Shown: positions 16,699 through 26,444 of the stretch, in pieces | Position numbering within the stretch: the first letter of the stretch is position 1 | Layout: the number at the start of each line of letters is the position of its first letter | The notes under the pieces: model-generated | What the model was told of the DNA's origin: nothing | Databases searched by the model: none | The model's input: the letters and a program-made list of their open reading frames with translations, nothing else | Made by a program: the position numbers and the translations under genes | DNA from: an uncultured Actinomycetes bacterium | Lineage (GTDB): Bacteria; Actinomycetota; UBA4738; JBBDTT01 | DNA: 64,000 nt | Reading direction: 5' to 3' | NCBI GenBank assembly: GCA_963742735.1 | Contig: CAVUMN010000004.1 | Coordinates: 928,001-992,000 of the forward strand

Positions 16699-17362
16699 CC
16701 CGGAGCGGGGCTCGATCTCGATCCTCATGGCGGTGGCGGCCGGGCTGGCCGTGCTCGTCTCGCTGCTGGTCATGGACCTGTGGCGGGCCGCGCTGGCCCG
16801 GCAGCAGGCCCAGACCGCGGCGGACGCGGCCGCCCTGGCCGCGGCGGGGGCGATGGCGTCGCCCTTCGGCGGCTCGCCGGTGGAGGCCGCACGGGACCTC
16901 GCCGAGCGCAACCGGGCGGAGCTGACCGCCTGCGCGTGCGACCCCGCGGATTCCGAGGCCGTCGTGACCGTGCGGGTGCGCTTCCGGCTCTTTGTGGTGC
17001 CGGGAGGGAGCGGGACGGTCACGGCGAGGGCGCGGGCAGTGGTGGAGATCGTGGCCGAAGGGGGTGCGGAGAGCCTTCGGCCCTGGTTCGCGGTCCGGGT
17101 GGGATGCCTGAGCCGGCTCGTGCCGGGGATCGTCGTGACGTCGGGCTTTCGGACACGCGAGCAGCAAGCCGCCCTCTACCGGACGAAGCCCGGCCTGGCC
17201 GCCCCGCCGGGCCATTCGTTGCACGAGCTCGGGCTGGCCGCCGACCTGGCGTTCCCCTCTCCGGCGGCCGGGCGGCGGGCCCACGCGCTGGCGCCCTCGT
17301 GCGGGCTCGGGTTCGAGGTCCCGGGCGAGCCCTGGCACGCCGCGCCCCTCGGCTGGGAGTGA
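16682..17362 (+). CDS. TadG/Rv3654c-like pseudopilin fused to a C-terminal M15 (VanY-like) D,D-peptidase domain
   Basis: ERGSISIL..., QAQTAADAAALAAA; C-terminus SGFRTREQQAALY..LAAPPGHSLHELGLAADL..GEPWH. Confidence 0.85.
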   Translation: MAPRPDPERGSISILMAVAAGLAVLVSLLVMDLWRAALARQQAQTAADAAALAAAGAMASPFGGSPVEAARDLAERNRAELTACACDPADSEAVVTVRVRFRLFVVPGGSGTVTARARAVVEIVAEGGAESLRPWFAVRVGCLSRLVPGIVVTSGFRTREQQAALYRTKPGLAAPPGHSLHELGLAADLAFPSPAAGRRAHALAPSCGLGFEVPGEPWHAAPLGWE

Positions 17363-17396
17363 TCCGGGCGCCACAGGGCCTTGGTACATTGCCCGC

Positions 17397-17909
17397 ATGG
17401 CCAGGCCGTTGATGGAGGACGCATTCGCGCATCACATGTGGGCGACGCTTCGGTTGGTGGATACGTGCCTCGCGCTCAGCCCCCAGCAGCTGGAGACCAC
17501 GGTCCCGGGGACCTACGGCTCGATCCTCGAAACGCTTCGCCACTGCATCGGGAGTGACGCGTGGGACCTGTTCGTCGCGACCGGTGACCGCGCCCCCCTC
17601 ATCGACGAGGACGAGATGCACCTCCCGGAGCTCCGGGCCGCGATGGAGAGCCACGGGCCCGCGTGGTCGCGGCTCCTGGCACGGGACCTCGATCCGGATG
17701 CCGTCCTCAACGAGGTGGACGAGAGCGACGGGTACGAGCGGAACATCGAGATGGGCATCCAGCTCGCCGCCGTGCTGCAACACGGCACCGAACACCGGAG
17801 CCAGGTCTGCACGATCCTCACGACGCTCGGCTGGGAACCGCCGGCCATCGATGCCCTGGAGTTCGGCATGCAGGTGGGCCGGGTCGTGGAGATCACCCCC
17901 GCGTCCTGA
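17397..17909 (+). CDS. DinB/YfiT-like family protein
   Basis: HHMWAT, GSILETLRH, HGTEHRSQV..ILT.LG..PP..D; TACATT -10 lies 6 nt before the ATG. Confidence 0.88.
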   Translation: MARPLMEDAFAHHMWATLRLVDTCLALSPQQLETTVPGTYGSILETLRHCIGSDAWDLFVATGDRAPLIDEDEMHLPELRAAMESHGPAWSRLLARDLDPDAVLNEVDESDGYERNIEMGIQLAAVLQHGTEHRSQVCTILTTLGWEPPAIDALEFGMQVGRVVEITPAS

Positions 17910-17950
17910 ACCCGGCCGCTTCGTCGGCCCCCGGGCGTACAATCCCGGCC

Positions 17951-18328
17951 ATGGCGATGGCGAGGCCCCGCCGGAAGGCCCCCGAGCTGGGGGTGGTGGA
18001 CTACACCCTGGCCAAGCGGGCGCTGGTCCGTGACGTGCAGCGCGGCCTGCTCGCCCGCTCCGACATCTGCGACGCCCACCCCGAGCTGCTCCGGGCCGCA
18101 CGCTACGTGGGCGAGCCCACCCAGCGGGCCTGTCCGGTGTGCTCCCAGGAGGACCTCCGCCTGCTGGCCTACGTCTTCGCCGACGACCTCAAGCGCGACA
18201 ACGGCCGGGTGTGGGAGCTCGACGAGGCCCTCGCGCTGACCTGCGCCGCCAAGGGCCGGGCCTGCTACGTGGTCGAGGTGTGCACGAGCTGCTCTTGGAA
18301 CCACCTGGCCGAGGCCTTTGTCGGGTGA
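17951..18328 (+). CDS. DUF5318 family protein (actinobacterial, normally next to ponA)
   Basis: VVDYTLAKRA, CDAHPELLRAA, CPVC, YVVEVC..CSWNHL; TACAAT -10 at 17938-17943. Confidence 0.9.
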   Translation: MAMARPRRKAPELGVVDYTLAKRALVRDVQRGLLARSDICDAHPELLRAARYVGEPTQRACPVCSQEDLRLLAYVFADDLKRDNGRVWELDEALALTCAAKGRACYVVEVCTSCSWNHLAEAFVG

Positions 18329-18382
18329 GGCTCCGGCCCGCCTGACCGCCCGGCCCGCCCGCTCCGGCCTCCCCGCACGTCC

Positions 18383-19261
18383 TTGATCGCCCTCCTCGGG
18401 ATCCCCCTCGCCCTGGCCGTGGGCGTGCTCGCCGACCTGGCCGGGGACCTGGCCCGCCGCGCCGCGGGCGGCCCCCGCTCCGGAGGGACCCCCGGCGACC
18501 TCATCCGGGCCCTCCGGAAGGCGCGCACCCGCGAGCCCGCCGGCGCACTCCAGGCCCTCGGGGCGCTCTCGGCCCTTCTCGGGGCCGGGGTGGCCGGCGC
18601 GTGCGTGCTCGGGGCGCTGCCCGGAGGGCTCCCGACGGTCGCGCTCTCGCTGATGCTCACCGGCGCCGGGGCCCGGCTGGCGCTGTCCGACCCCACCACC
18701 CGGGCCCGCGCCGAGCGGGCCGCCGGCGACCGGCTGCACGCGGTGGCGTTCGAGGCATTGCTCGGGGTGGCCCTGGTGGCCGCGTTCGCCCGGTGGCGGG
18801 CCCCGGACCTGGAGGCGATCCGGGGCGCTCAGGCCGTCCTGGGGCCGGGGATCGCCGTCGGTCCGGCGCTGCGGGCGGCCGCGTTCGGCCTGGCCTCGCT
18901 GGCCGCGCTCGTCGCCGGCGGGGCCCGCGTTCCGAACGCCGCCGCGGCCGCGCCCGGCCGGGGCCTGAGCCCGGAGGGCGCCCTGCTGGCCTCGCTGGCC
19001 CGGTGGTCCGGCCTGGGCGCAGCCGCCCTGGTGGGCGCGGCGCTCCTGGGCGGGCCGGCGGTGGGCTCCGCGGGGGAGTGGTCCTCGCCGGTGCTGGCCC
19101 TGCCGATCTGGACGGGCGCCGTGATCGCCTCCGCCGCGCTGGCGGGGCTCGCGTCGTGGGCCCTGGGGGCGCGGCCCGCGCGGATCGGCCCGCGGCTCGT
19201 GGGGCTGGGCCTGCTCGCCATCGCCGTCGGTGGATCGTTCGCGCTGGGGGTGATCGGGTGA
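18383..19261 (+). CDS. Polytopic membrane protein, degenerate NuoH/HyfC-like
   Basis: About 8 hydrophobic helices; remnants GDLIRALRK, AVAFEALL, GARVP in NuoH-like order; start uncertain. Confidence 0.55.
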   Translation: MIALLGIPLALAVGVLADLAGDLARRAAGGPRSGGTPGDLIRALRKARTREPAGALQALGALSALLGAGVAGACVLGALPGGLPTVALSLMLTGAGARLALSDPTTRARAERAAGDRLHAVAFEALLGVALVAAFARWRAPDLEAIRGAQAVLGPGIAVGPALRAAAFGLASLAALVAGGARVPNAAAAAPGRGLSPEGALLASLARWSGLGAAALVGAALLGGPAVGSAGEWSSPVLALPIWTGAVIASAALAGLASWALGARPARIGPRLVGLGLLAIAVGGSFALGVIG

Positions 19262-20934
19262 GGAGCCTCCTGCCCCTCACGATCCTGGCCCCCGGGGCCG
19301 CCGCCGTGCTGTCCCTCGTGCCGGGCCGCCCGGTTCGCCGCGCCCTGTGGTTCGCGGCCATGGCCGCCGCCCTCGCCGGGGCGGCCGCAGCGTTCTGGGA
19401 GGCCTACGGCGGGGATCCCCTCGTGTGGCGGGGGTTCCGGGGCGGGCTCCTGGCCTCCACCCTCGTGGCGTCGCTCATTCTCGGGACGATGCTCGCCGGG
19501 GCCCGCGCGTCCCGGCTCTCGCCCGAGACCGAACGGCTGGCGCTGATCGGCCTGGCGGTGGGCGCCTGCGGCGCCGCGGCGTGCGCGCTCCAGACGGGGA
19601 CGGCCGCCCTGGCCCTGTTCGTCCCCCTGCCGACCCTGGGGGTGGTGGTGGCCACCCTCGCCGGGCGGAAGGCGGCGCTTCCGGCCGCGGGGATGGTGGG
19701 CCTCGCCCTGACCGACCTGGCCGCGGTGGCGGGGCTGTGGCTGATCACCGACGCCGCCGACTCCAGCATGCTGAGCTCGGGAGGCGTCTCCGACGCCCTC
19801 GGCGCCGGCCTGGTCCTGGCGGCGGCGGCCGTGAAGGCCGGGGCCGTGTCCTTCGCCGGCGCGTGGGCGGCGGGCGACGGCGTCCCGGCGGCCCGTCTGG
19901 CGGTGGTCCCGGTGCGCGTCCAGGGGCTGGCCCTGGCCGTGGTGGCCGGCCTCACCCTGCGGCCGGCGGTGAGCGACGAGGTACTGGTCGGCTCGGCCGC
20001 CGTCCTGGTCCTGGCGTGCGGGCTGTCGGCGCTGCTGCCCGGCCGGGGAGCCAACGGGATCGCCGGCGCCGGCCCGGCCGTGGCCGGCGTCGCCCTGGGC
20101 ATGGGCGGCGCCATCGGGGCCCGCGGGTTCGCGCTGCTGGCGGCGATCCTGCCGCTCCTGTGGGGGCTGGCCGCGATGCTGCTGGCCGAGGACGAGCCCG
20201 GCCGGGAGGCGGCGGAGCGCGGCTCAGGCTGGGGGATCGCCTCGACGGTCGCGGCGGGCGCCGTCCTGGCCTCCCTGGCGCTGCTGCCGCCGGGGGGCGG
20301 GTTCCCCGGCGCGTGGCTGGTGCTCTCCCTGGGGATGGCCCGCGCGCCGGCGGACCTCACCTGGCTCATCCCCGTGGGCGCCGTCCTGGTGGGGCTCGCC
20401 GCGGCGGCGCACGGGGCCGTGCGGGCGGTCCGGGGCGCGGTCGTCTCCCGCCTGGCCGCGGTCGGGCTGGCCGGGGCGGCCGCGTCGCTCTACGCCGGGG
20501 TCCTGTCCGGCCGGCTCGCCCTCGGGTGGCTGGCGCGCGTGGGCCGGGACCTGGGCCTCCCGTCGGTGCTCCCCAGCGCCGGCGCACCCGACCTGCCCCC
20601 GTTCCCGGCGGCCGGCCTGGCCGTGGCCGCGGGACCCGCCCTGCTCCTGGTGGGGCTGATCGCCGTCCGAACCCGCGGCGTCCGCGGCCCCGGCCCCGAG
20701 GCCTCGCCCCAGCGCGCGCGGGAGCTCCCGCCGGCCCCGCTGGGGATCAGCCCTCGGGACCAGATGCGGTTCGTCGTCGTGAACGCGATCCGCGGCGCGC
20801 GGACGGCCGTGCGGCTCGGCCGGGCCTGGCGCGCTCGCGGGCAGGCGTGGGGCGTCGTGCTCGTCGCCGAGGCCCTGGCGTTCCTCGGCGTGGCCCGGAT
20901 CGTCCTGGCCGCCGTGGACCGGGGCTTCCTCTAG
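19258..20934 (+). CDS. Polytopic membrane protein, degenerate NuoN/HyfB/MrpD-like antiporter subunit
   Basis: GTGA coupling; AVKAGAVSFAGAW (compare K.G..PFH.W) and ASLALLPPGGGFPGAW (compare SLAGLPP..GF..KW). Confidence 0.6.
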   Translation: MRSLLPLTILAPGAAAVLSLVPGRPVRRALWFAAMAAALAGAAAAFWEAYGGDPLVWRGFRGGLLASTLVASLILGTMLAGARASRLSPETERLALIGLAVGACGAAACALQTGTAALALFVPLPTLGVVVATLAGRKAALPAAGMVGLALTDLAAVAGLWLITDAADSSMLSSGGVSDALGAGLVLAAAAVKAGAVSFAGAWAAGDGVPAARLAVVPVRVQGLALAVVAGLTLRPAVSDEVLVGSAAVLVLACGLSALLPGRGANGIAGAGPAVAGVALGMGGAIGARGFALLAAILPLLWGLAAMLLAEDEPGREAAERGSGWGIASTVAAGAVLASLALLPPGGGFPGAWLVLSLGMARAPADLTWLIPVGAVLVGLAAAAHGAVRAVRGAVVSRLAAVGLAGAAASLYAGVLSGRLALGWLARVGRDLGLPSVLPSAGAPDLPPFPAAGLAVAAGPALLLVGLIAVRTRGVRGPGPEASPQRARELPPAPLGISPRDQMRFVVVNAIRGARTAVRLGRAWRARGQAWGVVLVAEALAFLGVARIVLAAVDRGFL

Positions 20935-20986
20935 GTCCCGGCCAGGTCCCGGCGCAGTTCGGGGCGGTCGGTAGAATGGGCGAACC

Positions 20987-23070
20987 GTGGCCTCTCGCAC
21001 GGTCCCAAAGCGCAAGGGACCCCCCAGACACGCGCCCAAGAAACCCGTTCGCCGCAAGAGCCAAAAGCGCGGCTTCTTCCGCCGTTTCTGGTGGCTGTGG
21101 GCGAGCCCGCTCATCGCGCTCGCCGCCGTGCTCGCCACCGTGTTCGTCGTCTACACCCAGCTCGAGCTGCCCGACGCGCCGCCCATCGCGAGGACCACGC
21201 AGGTCCTGGACCGCCACGGCAAGCAGATCACCACCTTCCACGCCGAGGTCGACCGCACCCCGATCCACCTCAAGGACATGCCGCAGCACCTGCGCAACGC
21301 GGTCATCGCCATGGAGGACCGGGACTTCTACGGGCACAAGGGGGTCAGCTGGTGGGGGATCGCCCGCGCGGCGTGGGCCGACCTTCGCAGCCGCCGCCTG
21401 GAGCAGGGCGGCTCGACGATCACCCAGCAGTACGTGAAGACCGTCTACACCGGCAACGAGAGGACGATCCTGCGCAAGGTCAAGGAGGGCATGCTGGCCC
21501 TCAAGCTCGAGAAGCAGTTCACCAAGGACCAGATCCTGGCGCGGTACCTGAACGCGATCTACTTCGGCCGGGGGGCGTACGGGATCCAGGCGGCCTCGCG
21601 GACCTACTTCGGGGTGGCCGCGAAGCAGCTCACGCTCAACCAGTCGGCCACCCTGGCCGGCATCATCTCGGCGCCGGAGTCGTACAACCCCGTCACCAAC
21701 CCCGAGGAGGCGAAGGTCCGCCGCAACCTCGCCCTGGGCCGCATGGTCGAGGAGGAGTACATCACCCAGGCCACCGCGAACAAGACCCGGGCCCAGGACA
21801 TCGAGGTGGTCGTCCGCGCAAAGCCCCAGCTGGTCGAGCACGGCGCCGACTTCGTCCACTACGTCCGCCGGCAGCTGCTGGGCCAGCTCCACGACGAGGA
21901 GGTGTTCGCCGGCGGCCTGCGGGTGAAGACGACCCTGGACCTGGAGTGGCAGAAGGCGGCCGAGACGGCCGTCGCCAAGTACCTCGGCACCAAGGGCGAC
22001 CCGTTCGTGGCGCTCGTGGCGATCGACCCGAAGACCCGTGAGGTCCGGGCCATGGTGGGCGGCGGCAAGAACAAGAACTCCGTGGACTTCAACTTCGCCA
22101 CCGAGGGCCACCGGCACGCGGGGAGCGCGTTCAAGCCGTTCGCGTTCGCCGCGGCGATGGAAGCCCGCATCTCGCCGTTCTCGGTGTGGACCGGACCGAG
22201 CTCGATCACCATCGACGACCGCCGGTGCGACACCCCCGGCAAGGTCCCCCCGAGTGGAAGCCCAGCAACGCCGGCGACTCCAGCGCCGGACGGATGAGCC
22301 TGCTCAACGCGACCGCGCTGTCCGTTAACACGATCTACGCGCAACTCGTCACCGATCTCGGGGAGGGGCCGGCGTCGGTGGCCGAGCTCGCCCAGCGAGT
22401 GGGGATCCGCTCCCCCCTGTCCTCGGTGTGCTCGATAGTCCTCGGCGCCGGAGGCGACGTGAGCCCGTTCGAGATGACCAATGCGTACGCCACGTTCGCG
22501 AACAACGGCGTGTGGATGGAGCCGACCGGCGTGGTCGAGGTCAAGAAGGGTGGCTCGACGGTCGAGCTCACCCGGGAAAAGAGGAGGCGCGCGCTCACCG
22601 CCAACGATGCGCACCTGGTGAGCTACGCCCTGCAGGGGGTGGTCCAGTACGGCACCGGCACCGCGGCCGGGATCGGGAGGCCCGTGGCCGGCAAGACCGG
22701 CACGTCGCAGGAGGGCACCGACGCTTGGTTCTGTGGGTACACCACGCGGCTGGTGACCTGCGTTTGGATGGGGTACCGGACCCGGATCCCCATGCATGAC
22801 ATCGGGGGGTTCACGAACATCTACGGCGGCACGATCCCCGCCCTGATCTGGCACGACTTCATGTCGCTGGCGACGGCGAACGATCCGATCGAGGACTTCC
22901 CGACCCCGTCCTTCGAAGGCAAGGACCTCAGCCCCTTCGAGCCCGACCCCGAGCCCACCGGGTCCCCGTCGCCGTTGCCCTCGCCGAGTCCCTCGCCGTC
23001 GCCCGAGCCCTCGCCCGAGCCAAGCCTGAGCCCGTCGCCGGATCCCTCGGAGAGCCCGCCGGATCCCTAG
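20987..23070 (+). CDS. ponA: Class A penicillin-binding protein (transglycosylase/transpeptidase); one apparent frameshift near 22250
   Basis: EDRDFY.H.G, QGGSTITQQYVK, RKVKE, YLNAIYFG; SAFK, SVN, KTGT; Pro/Ser tail; TAGAAT -10 at 20972-20977. Confidence 0.93.
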
Positions 23071-23699
23071 TCGATCAGGCCCCGCCGCAGGGCCTCGGCC
23101 ACCGCGGCCGTGCGGTCTCCCGTCCCGAGCTTCTGGTAGACGTGCTCCAGGTGGGTCTTGACCGTGTCGACCGACACGAACAGCCGCTCGGCGATCTGGG
23201 GGTTGGTCGATCCGTCCGCCAGAAGCCGGAGGATGTCCATCTCCCGGCTCGTGAGCTGGCCGGGGCCGGTCCGCGCCCGGGGCGCGTTGAGCTCCTCGGT
23301 GACGAACGGGGCCAGGTCCGGGTCGAGGACCATGTGTCCCTGGGCGACCATCTTCACCGCGTCCATCAGCACGGTCGCGTCCCGCGTCTTCAGGATGTAC
23401 CCCCGGGCGCCGGCCCGGACGGCCTCGACCACGTAGTGCCGCTCGTCGTACGCGGACAGGATGATGACGCCCGTCTCCGGCGAGGTGCCGGCCACCTCCC
23501 GGGTGGCGCTGATCCCGTCCAGGTCGGGCATGTTGATGTCGAGCACGGCCACGTCGGGGTGTTCGGCGGCGATCAGGTCCGCGGCCTGGCGGCCGCTCTC
23601 GCACTGGGCGAGCACCGTGATGTCCGGGTTCGTCTCCAGGTATCCCTTCAGGCCGCGGCGGACCAGATCATGGTCATCGGCGACGATCACGCGGATCAC
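23067..23699 (-). CDS. NarL/FixJ-family response regulator (orphan)
   Basis: VIVADDH, VLDINMP, GYILK; LuxR HTH LTSRE..IAERLFVSVDTVKTH. Confidence 0.95.
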   Translation of the reverse strand: MIRVIVADDHDLVRRGLKGYLETNPDITVLAQCESGRQAADLIAAEHPDVAVLDINMPDLDGISATREVAGTSPETGVIILSAYDERHYVVEAVRAGARGYILKTRDATVLMDAVKMVAQGHMVLDPDLAPFVTEELNAPRARTGPGQLTSREMDILRLLADGSTNPQIAERLFVSVDTVKTHLEHVYQKLGTGDRTAAVAEALRRGLID

Positions 23700-23740
23700 G
23701 GGCCCTCCCCAAGCTTCTCGCCTGGGGCATTGTTAGCCCT

Positions 23741-25024
23741 TTAGAAGACGTAATACCAATTGACGAAGAGCACGGTCATCATCCCGAGGCCGATCGCCGA
23801 CGTCGCCACGATCGTGTCGTGGACGCCCCGCCGCTCGCCCCACTTCGCGAACGCCCAGAACACCGGGAAGATCGGGAGCAGGAACCGGGGCACGGACATG
23901 AACGGCCGGGGCTCGAAGATGTAGACGAGCGGCGCGGCCAGGCTCGCCCAGGCGTAGACGCCGAACACCGGCCGGAACCGCCACACGGCGTAGCCGCACG
24001 CGATCAGGCAGGGGATCACGATCAGCCAGTCCAGCAGGTGGTAGCCGCCGGCGTACACCCCGATCCAGCGGAACGCCTCGCGGGTCGCCTTCGCGATCGT
24101 CGACAGCGGGAACGACGCCTCGCGCTGCCAGGCCTTCTGCTGGTGCAGGGGCGCGAGCCAGTCGCCCGAGAACCGCTCCCAGAACCACAGGTACGCCCCG
24201 GTGCCGGCCACCACGAGCCCCGACCACAGCCACGCGAACGTCAGCCTGGAGTTCGCCTCGCCGGCCGGCTCGCCGCGTTCCCGCGCCTCCCGCCACTGGT
24301 GCATCGCCTCCCACGCCAGCGGCGCCACCAGCACCAGCCCCACGTTCCGCGTCAGCGCCGCCAGGGCGCCGCACACCCCGGCGACGGCCCACCTCCTGCG
24401 CCGGGCCCCCCACAGCGCCGTGATCGCGAGCAGCAGGAACAGCGACTCGGAGTACGGCGCCAGGAAGAAGAACGCGGTCGGGAAGATGGAGATGTACAGC
24501 ACCGCCCGCCGCGCGTGGTCCTCGGAGAGCTCGCTGCGGGTCAGGAAATACAGCACCCCGAGGGCGGCCAGGAAGGCCAGGTTCGAGATCAGCAGCCCGG
24601 CGGCCAGCGGGTGCCCGCCCATGAGCCACGACACGCCGCGGATCGCCAGCGGATAGCCGGGGAAGAACGCCGCGCTCCCGTCCCCGTCGATGTACCCGGT
24701 CGAGGCGATCCGCAGGAACCACAGCGCGTCGAACCGCTCGAACGACGTCACCGCGTTGTCCCACCCCAGGGTGCGGGGCAGCGGCGGAGCGAGCCAGCCG
24801 TCCACGTCCACGGGGCCGGGGATCCCCTCGACGTCGCCGGCCCGGAACGCGGGCAGGACCGCCACCGCGACGACGGCCAGGATCGTCAGGCCGATCCGCA
24901 TGGCCAGGAACACCTTCAGGACGTAGAGCCACCCGCGCCGGAGGTCCTCGGCCGTGGTGCCCGGCCCGGCGGCGGGCTCCTCCGCCGGCGGCGGCGGGAG
25001 GTCCCGCGCCGCCTGCGTCCTCAC
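23741..25024 (-). CDS. GT-C mannosyltransferase (PIG-V/Mannosyl_trans2-like)
   Basis: RFDALWFLRIA..GY, AFFPGYP, YSESLFLLL, RNVG, SVPRF. Confidence 0.9.
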   Translation of the reverse strand: MRTQAARDLPPPPAEEPAAGPGTTAEDLRRGWLYVLKVFLAMRIGLTILAVVAVAVLPAFRAGDVEGIPGPVDVDGWLAPPLPRTLGWDNAVTSFERFDALWFLRIASTGYIDGDGSAAFFPGYPLAIRGVSWLMGGHPLAAGLLISNLAFLAALGVLYFLTRSELSEDHARRAVLYISIFPTAFFFLAPYSESLFLLLAITALWGARRRRWAVAGVCGALAALTRNVGLVLVAPLAWEAMHQWREARERGEPAGEANSRLTFAWLWSGLVVAGTGAYLWFWERFSGDWLAPLHQQKAWQREASFPLSTIAKATREAFRWIGVYAGGYHLLDWLIVIPCLIACGYAVWRFRPVFGVYAWASLAAPLVYIFEPRPFMSVPRFLLPIFPVFWAFAKWGERRGVHDTIVATSAIGLGMMTVLFVNWYYVF

Positions 25025-26412
25025 GCCATCTCCTCCACGGGGAACCGCGTCAGCCTGGGGGCCACGTCCTCGGCCCGCCGGTCGGTCGGCATGCGCACCC
25101 ACACCACGAGCGCCCAGATCAGCACGGCCATCCGCGCGAGCAGCGCCAGCTTGAACGAGCCGAACGGCACCCCGCCGCCGATGTTCGGGTCCAGCTCGGC
25201 GAACCATCGGAACCGCGTGAAGTAGACGGCGATGTCCGTGAGCGAGAACGCCACGAAGATCGGGATGTTCGGCAGCGCCAGGGCGAACCACGGCAGCAGC
25301 CACAGCCCGTACTGCGGCGAGTAGACCTTGTTCGTCAGCAGGAAGGCGACCAGCAGCGGGAACCCGAACGACCAGGCGGGGAACCCCGGCTCGCGAGCCG
25401 ACTTCACCGTCCACAGCGTCACCGTCAGCGCGACGAAGGTCCCGAGGGTCAGCACGTTCAGCAGCGTCTGGTTCCACGCGAACGATCCGCCGCTTCCCGT
25501 GATCTGCTCGGAGATCAGGAACCAGATGCTGTCCCAGTCCGCGCCGCGCTCGGAGTTGAACCGGAAGAAGACCGTCCAGTTCTCCCACCCGAAGGCCGCG
25601 AAGGGCAGGTTCGCCGCCGCCCACGCGCCGGCCGCCACCAGCGCGACGCGGATGGCGCCGGGACGGTCCTCCTTGAGCCGGCCCAGGGCGAACGGGACCA
25701 CGAGGAGCCCCGGGTAGAGCTTCGTCGCCGCGCCCAGGCCGAGGAGCCCCCCGGCCCAGCTATGTTCTCGGCGGAGGTAGTAGTAGGTCCCCGCGGTGGC
25801 CAGGAACACCGCCAGCAGGTCCCAGTTCATCAGGCCGTAGATCAGCAGCGTGGGGGCCATCGCGAAGTACATCGCCCGGGCCCCGGCCATGCGCCCCAGC
25901 AGGATCGTCGTCCCCACCGCGGCCGCCCCCAGCAGCAGCGCCGTCGCGAAGAAGAACGGCTGCCCGGGAGCGGGATTATCCAGGTAGTAGGGGTTCCCCG
26001 GCACCGGCTCGGCTGAGTCGGCGGTTTTCGGCAGAGGAAGGGCCGTAAACCATTGAAGGGCGCCGGTAACTACGGGGTACTCGTTTGCCGAGTGGATGTA
26101 GGGAACGCGGCCGAAGTCCAGTCGTTCTCCAATGAGCGATCCATCCGGGCCACCTCGGGGGCTCGACCACAGCGGCAGGATGTCCGTGTAGCAGGGGAGC
26201 ACGAAGTAGGCGTGGGGGTTCTCCCCGTCGGAGAGGCCCCGCCCGTATTGCTTCCCGTCCCAGTCCTGGAAGATGCAGGGCGCCTTGGTCAGCCAGAACC
26301 CGAAGAACAAGCAAAGCAGGACGGTCGTGACGATGACCCCCGTGCGCACGACGAGCTGCGTCTGTCCGTACTCCGGCGGTGGCGAGGGAGGGAGCCCGAC
26401 CCGAGGCCGCAT
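25021..26412 (-). CDS. Glycosyltransferase family 87 (DUF2029) membrane protein
   Basis: CYTDI..L, EYPVVTG, NWDLLAV, GLGAATKLYP, NKVYSPQYGLWLLP. Confidence 0.9.
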   Translation of the reverse strand: MRPRVGLPPSPPPEYGQTQLVVRTGVIVTTVLLCLFFGFWLTKAPCIFQDWDGKQYGRGLSDGENPHAYFVLPCYTDILPLWSSPRGGPDGSLIGERLDFGRVPYIHSANEYPVVTGALQWFTALPLPKTADSAEPVPGNPYYLDNPAPGQPFFFATALLLGAAAVGTTILLGRMAGARAMYFAMAPTLLIYGLMNWDLLAVFLATAGTYYYLRREHSWAGGLLGLGAATKLYPGLLVVPFALGRLKEDRPGAIRVALVAAGAWAAANLPFAAFGWENWTVFFRFNSERGADWDSIWFLISEQITGSGGSFAWNQTLLNVLTLGTFVALTVTLWTVKSAREPGFPAWSFGFPLLVAFLLTNKVYSPQYGLWLLPWFALALPNIPIFVAFSLTDIAVYFTRFRWFAELDPNIGGGVPFGSFKLALLARMAVLIWALVVWVRMPTDRRAEDVAPRLTRFPVEEMA

Positions 26413-26444
26413 CGGGTGAGTATCGCCTATATCCTGGCCACCCC

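Noticed and set aside
22240-22260. Split ponA (separate transglycosylase and transpeptidase genes)
   Set aside because: The break falls within the transpeptidase domain, between SxxK and SxN, at a C6 run, so an indel error is more likely.
22940-23067. Short tandem repeats as a CRISPR-like array (also 1140-1320 and 60440-60580)
   Set aside because: They encode Pro/Ser/Glu or Pro/Ala linkers in frame, with no repeat-spacer periodicity and no cas genes.
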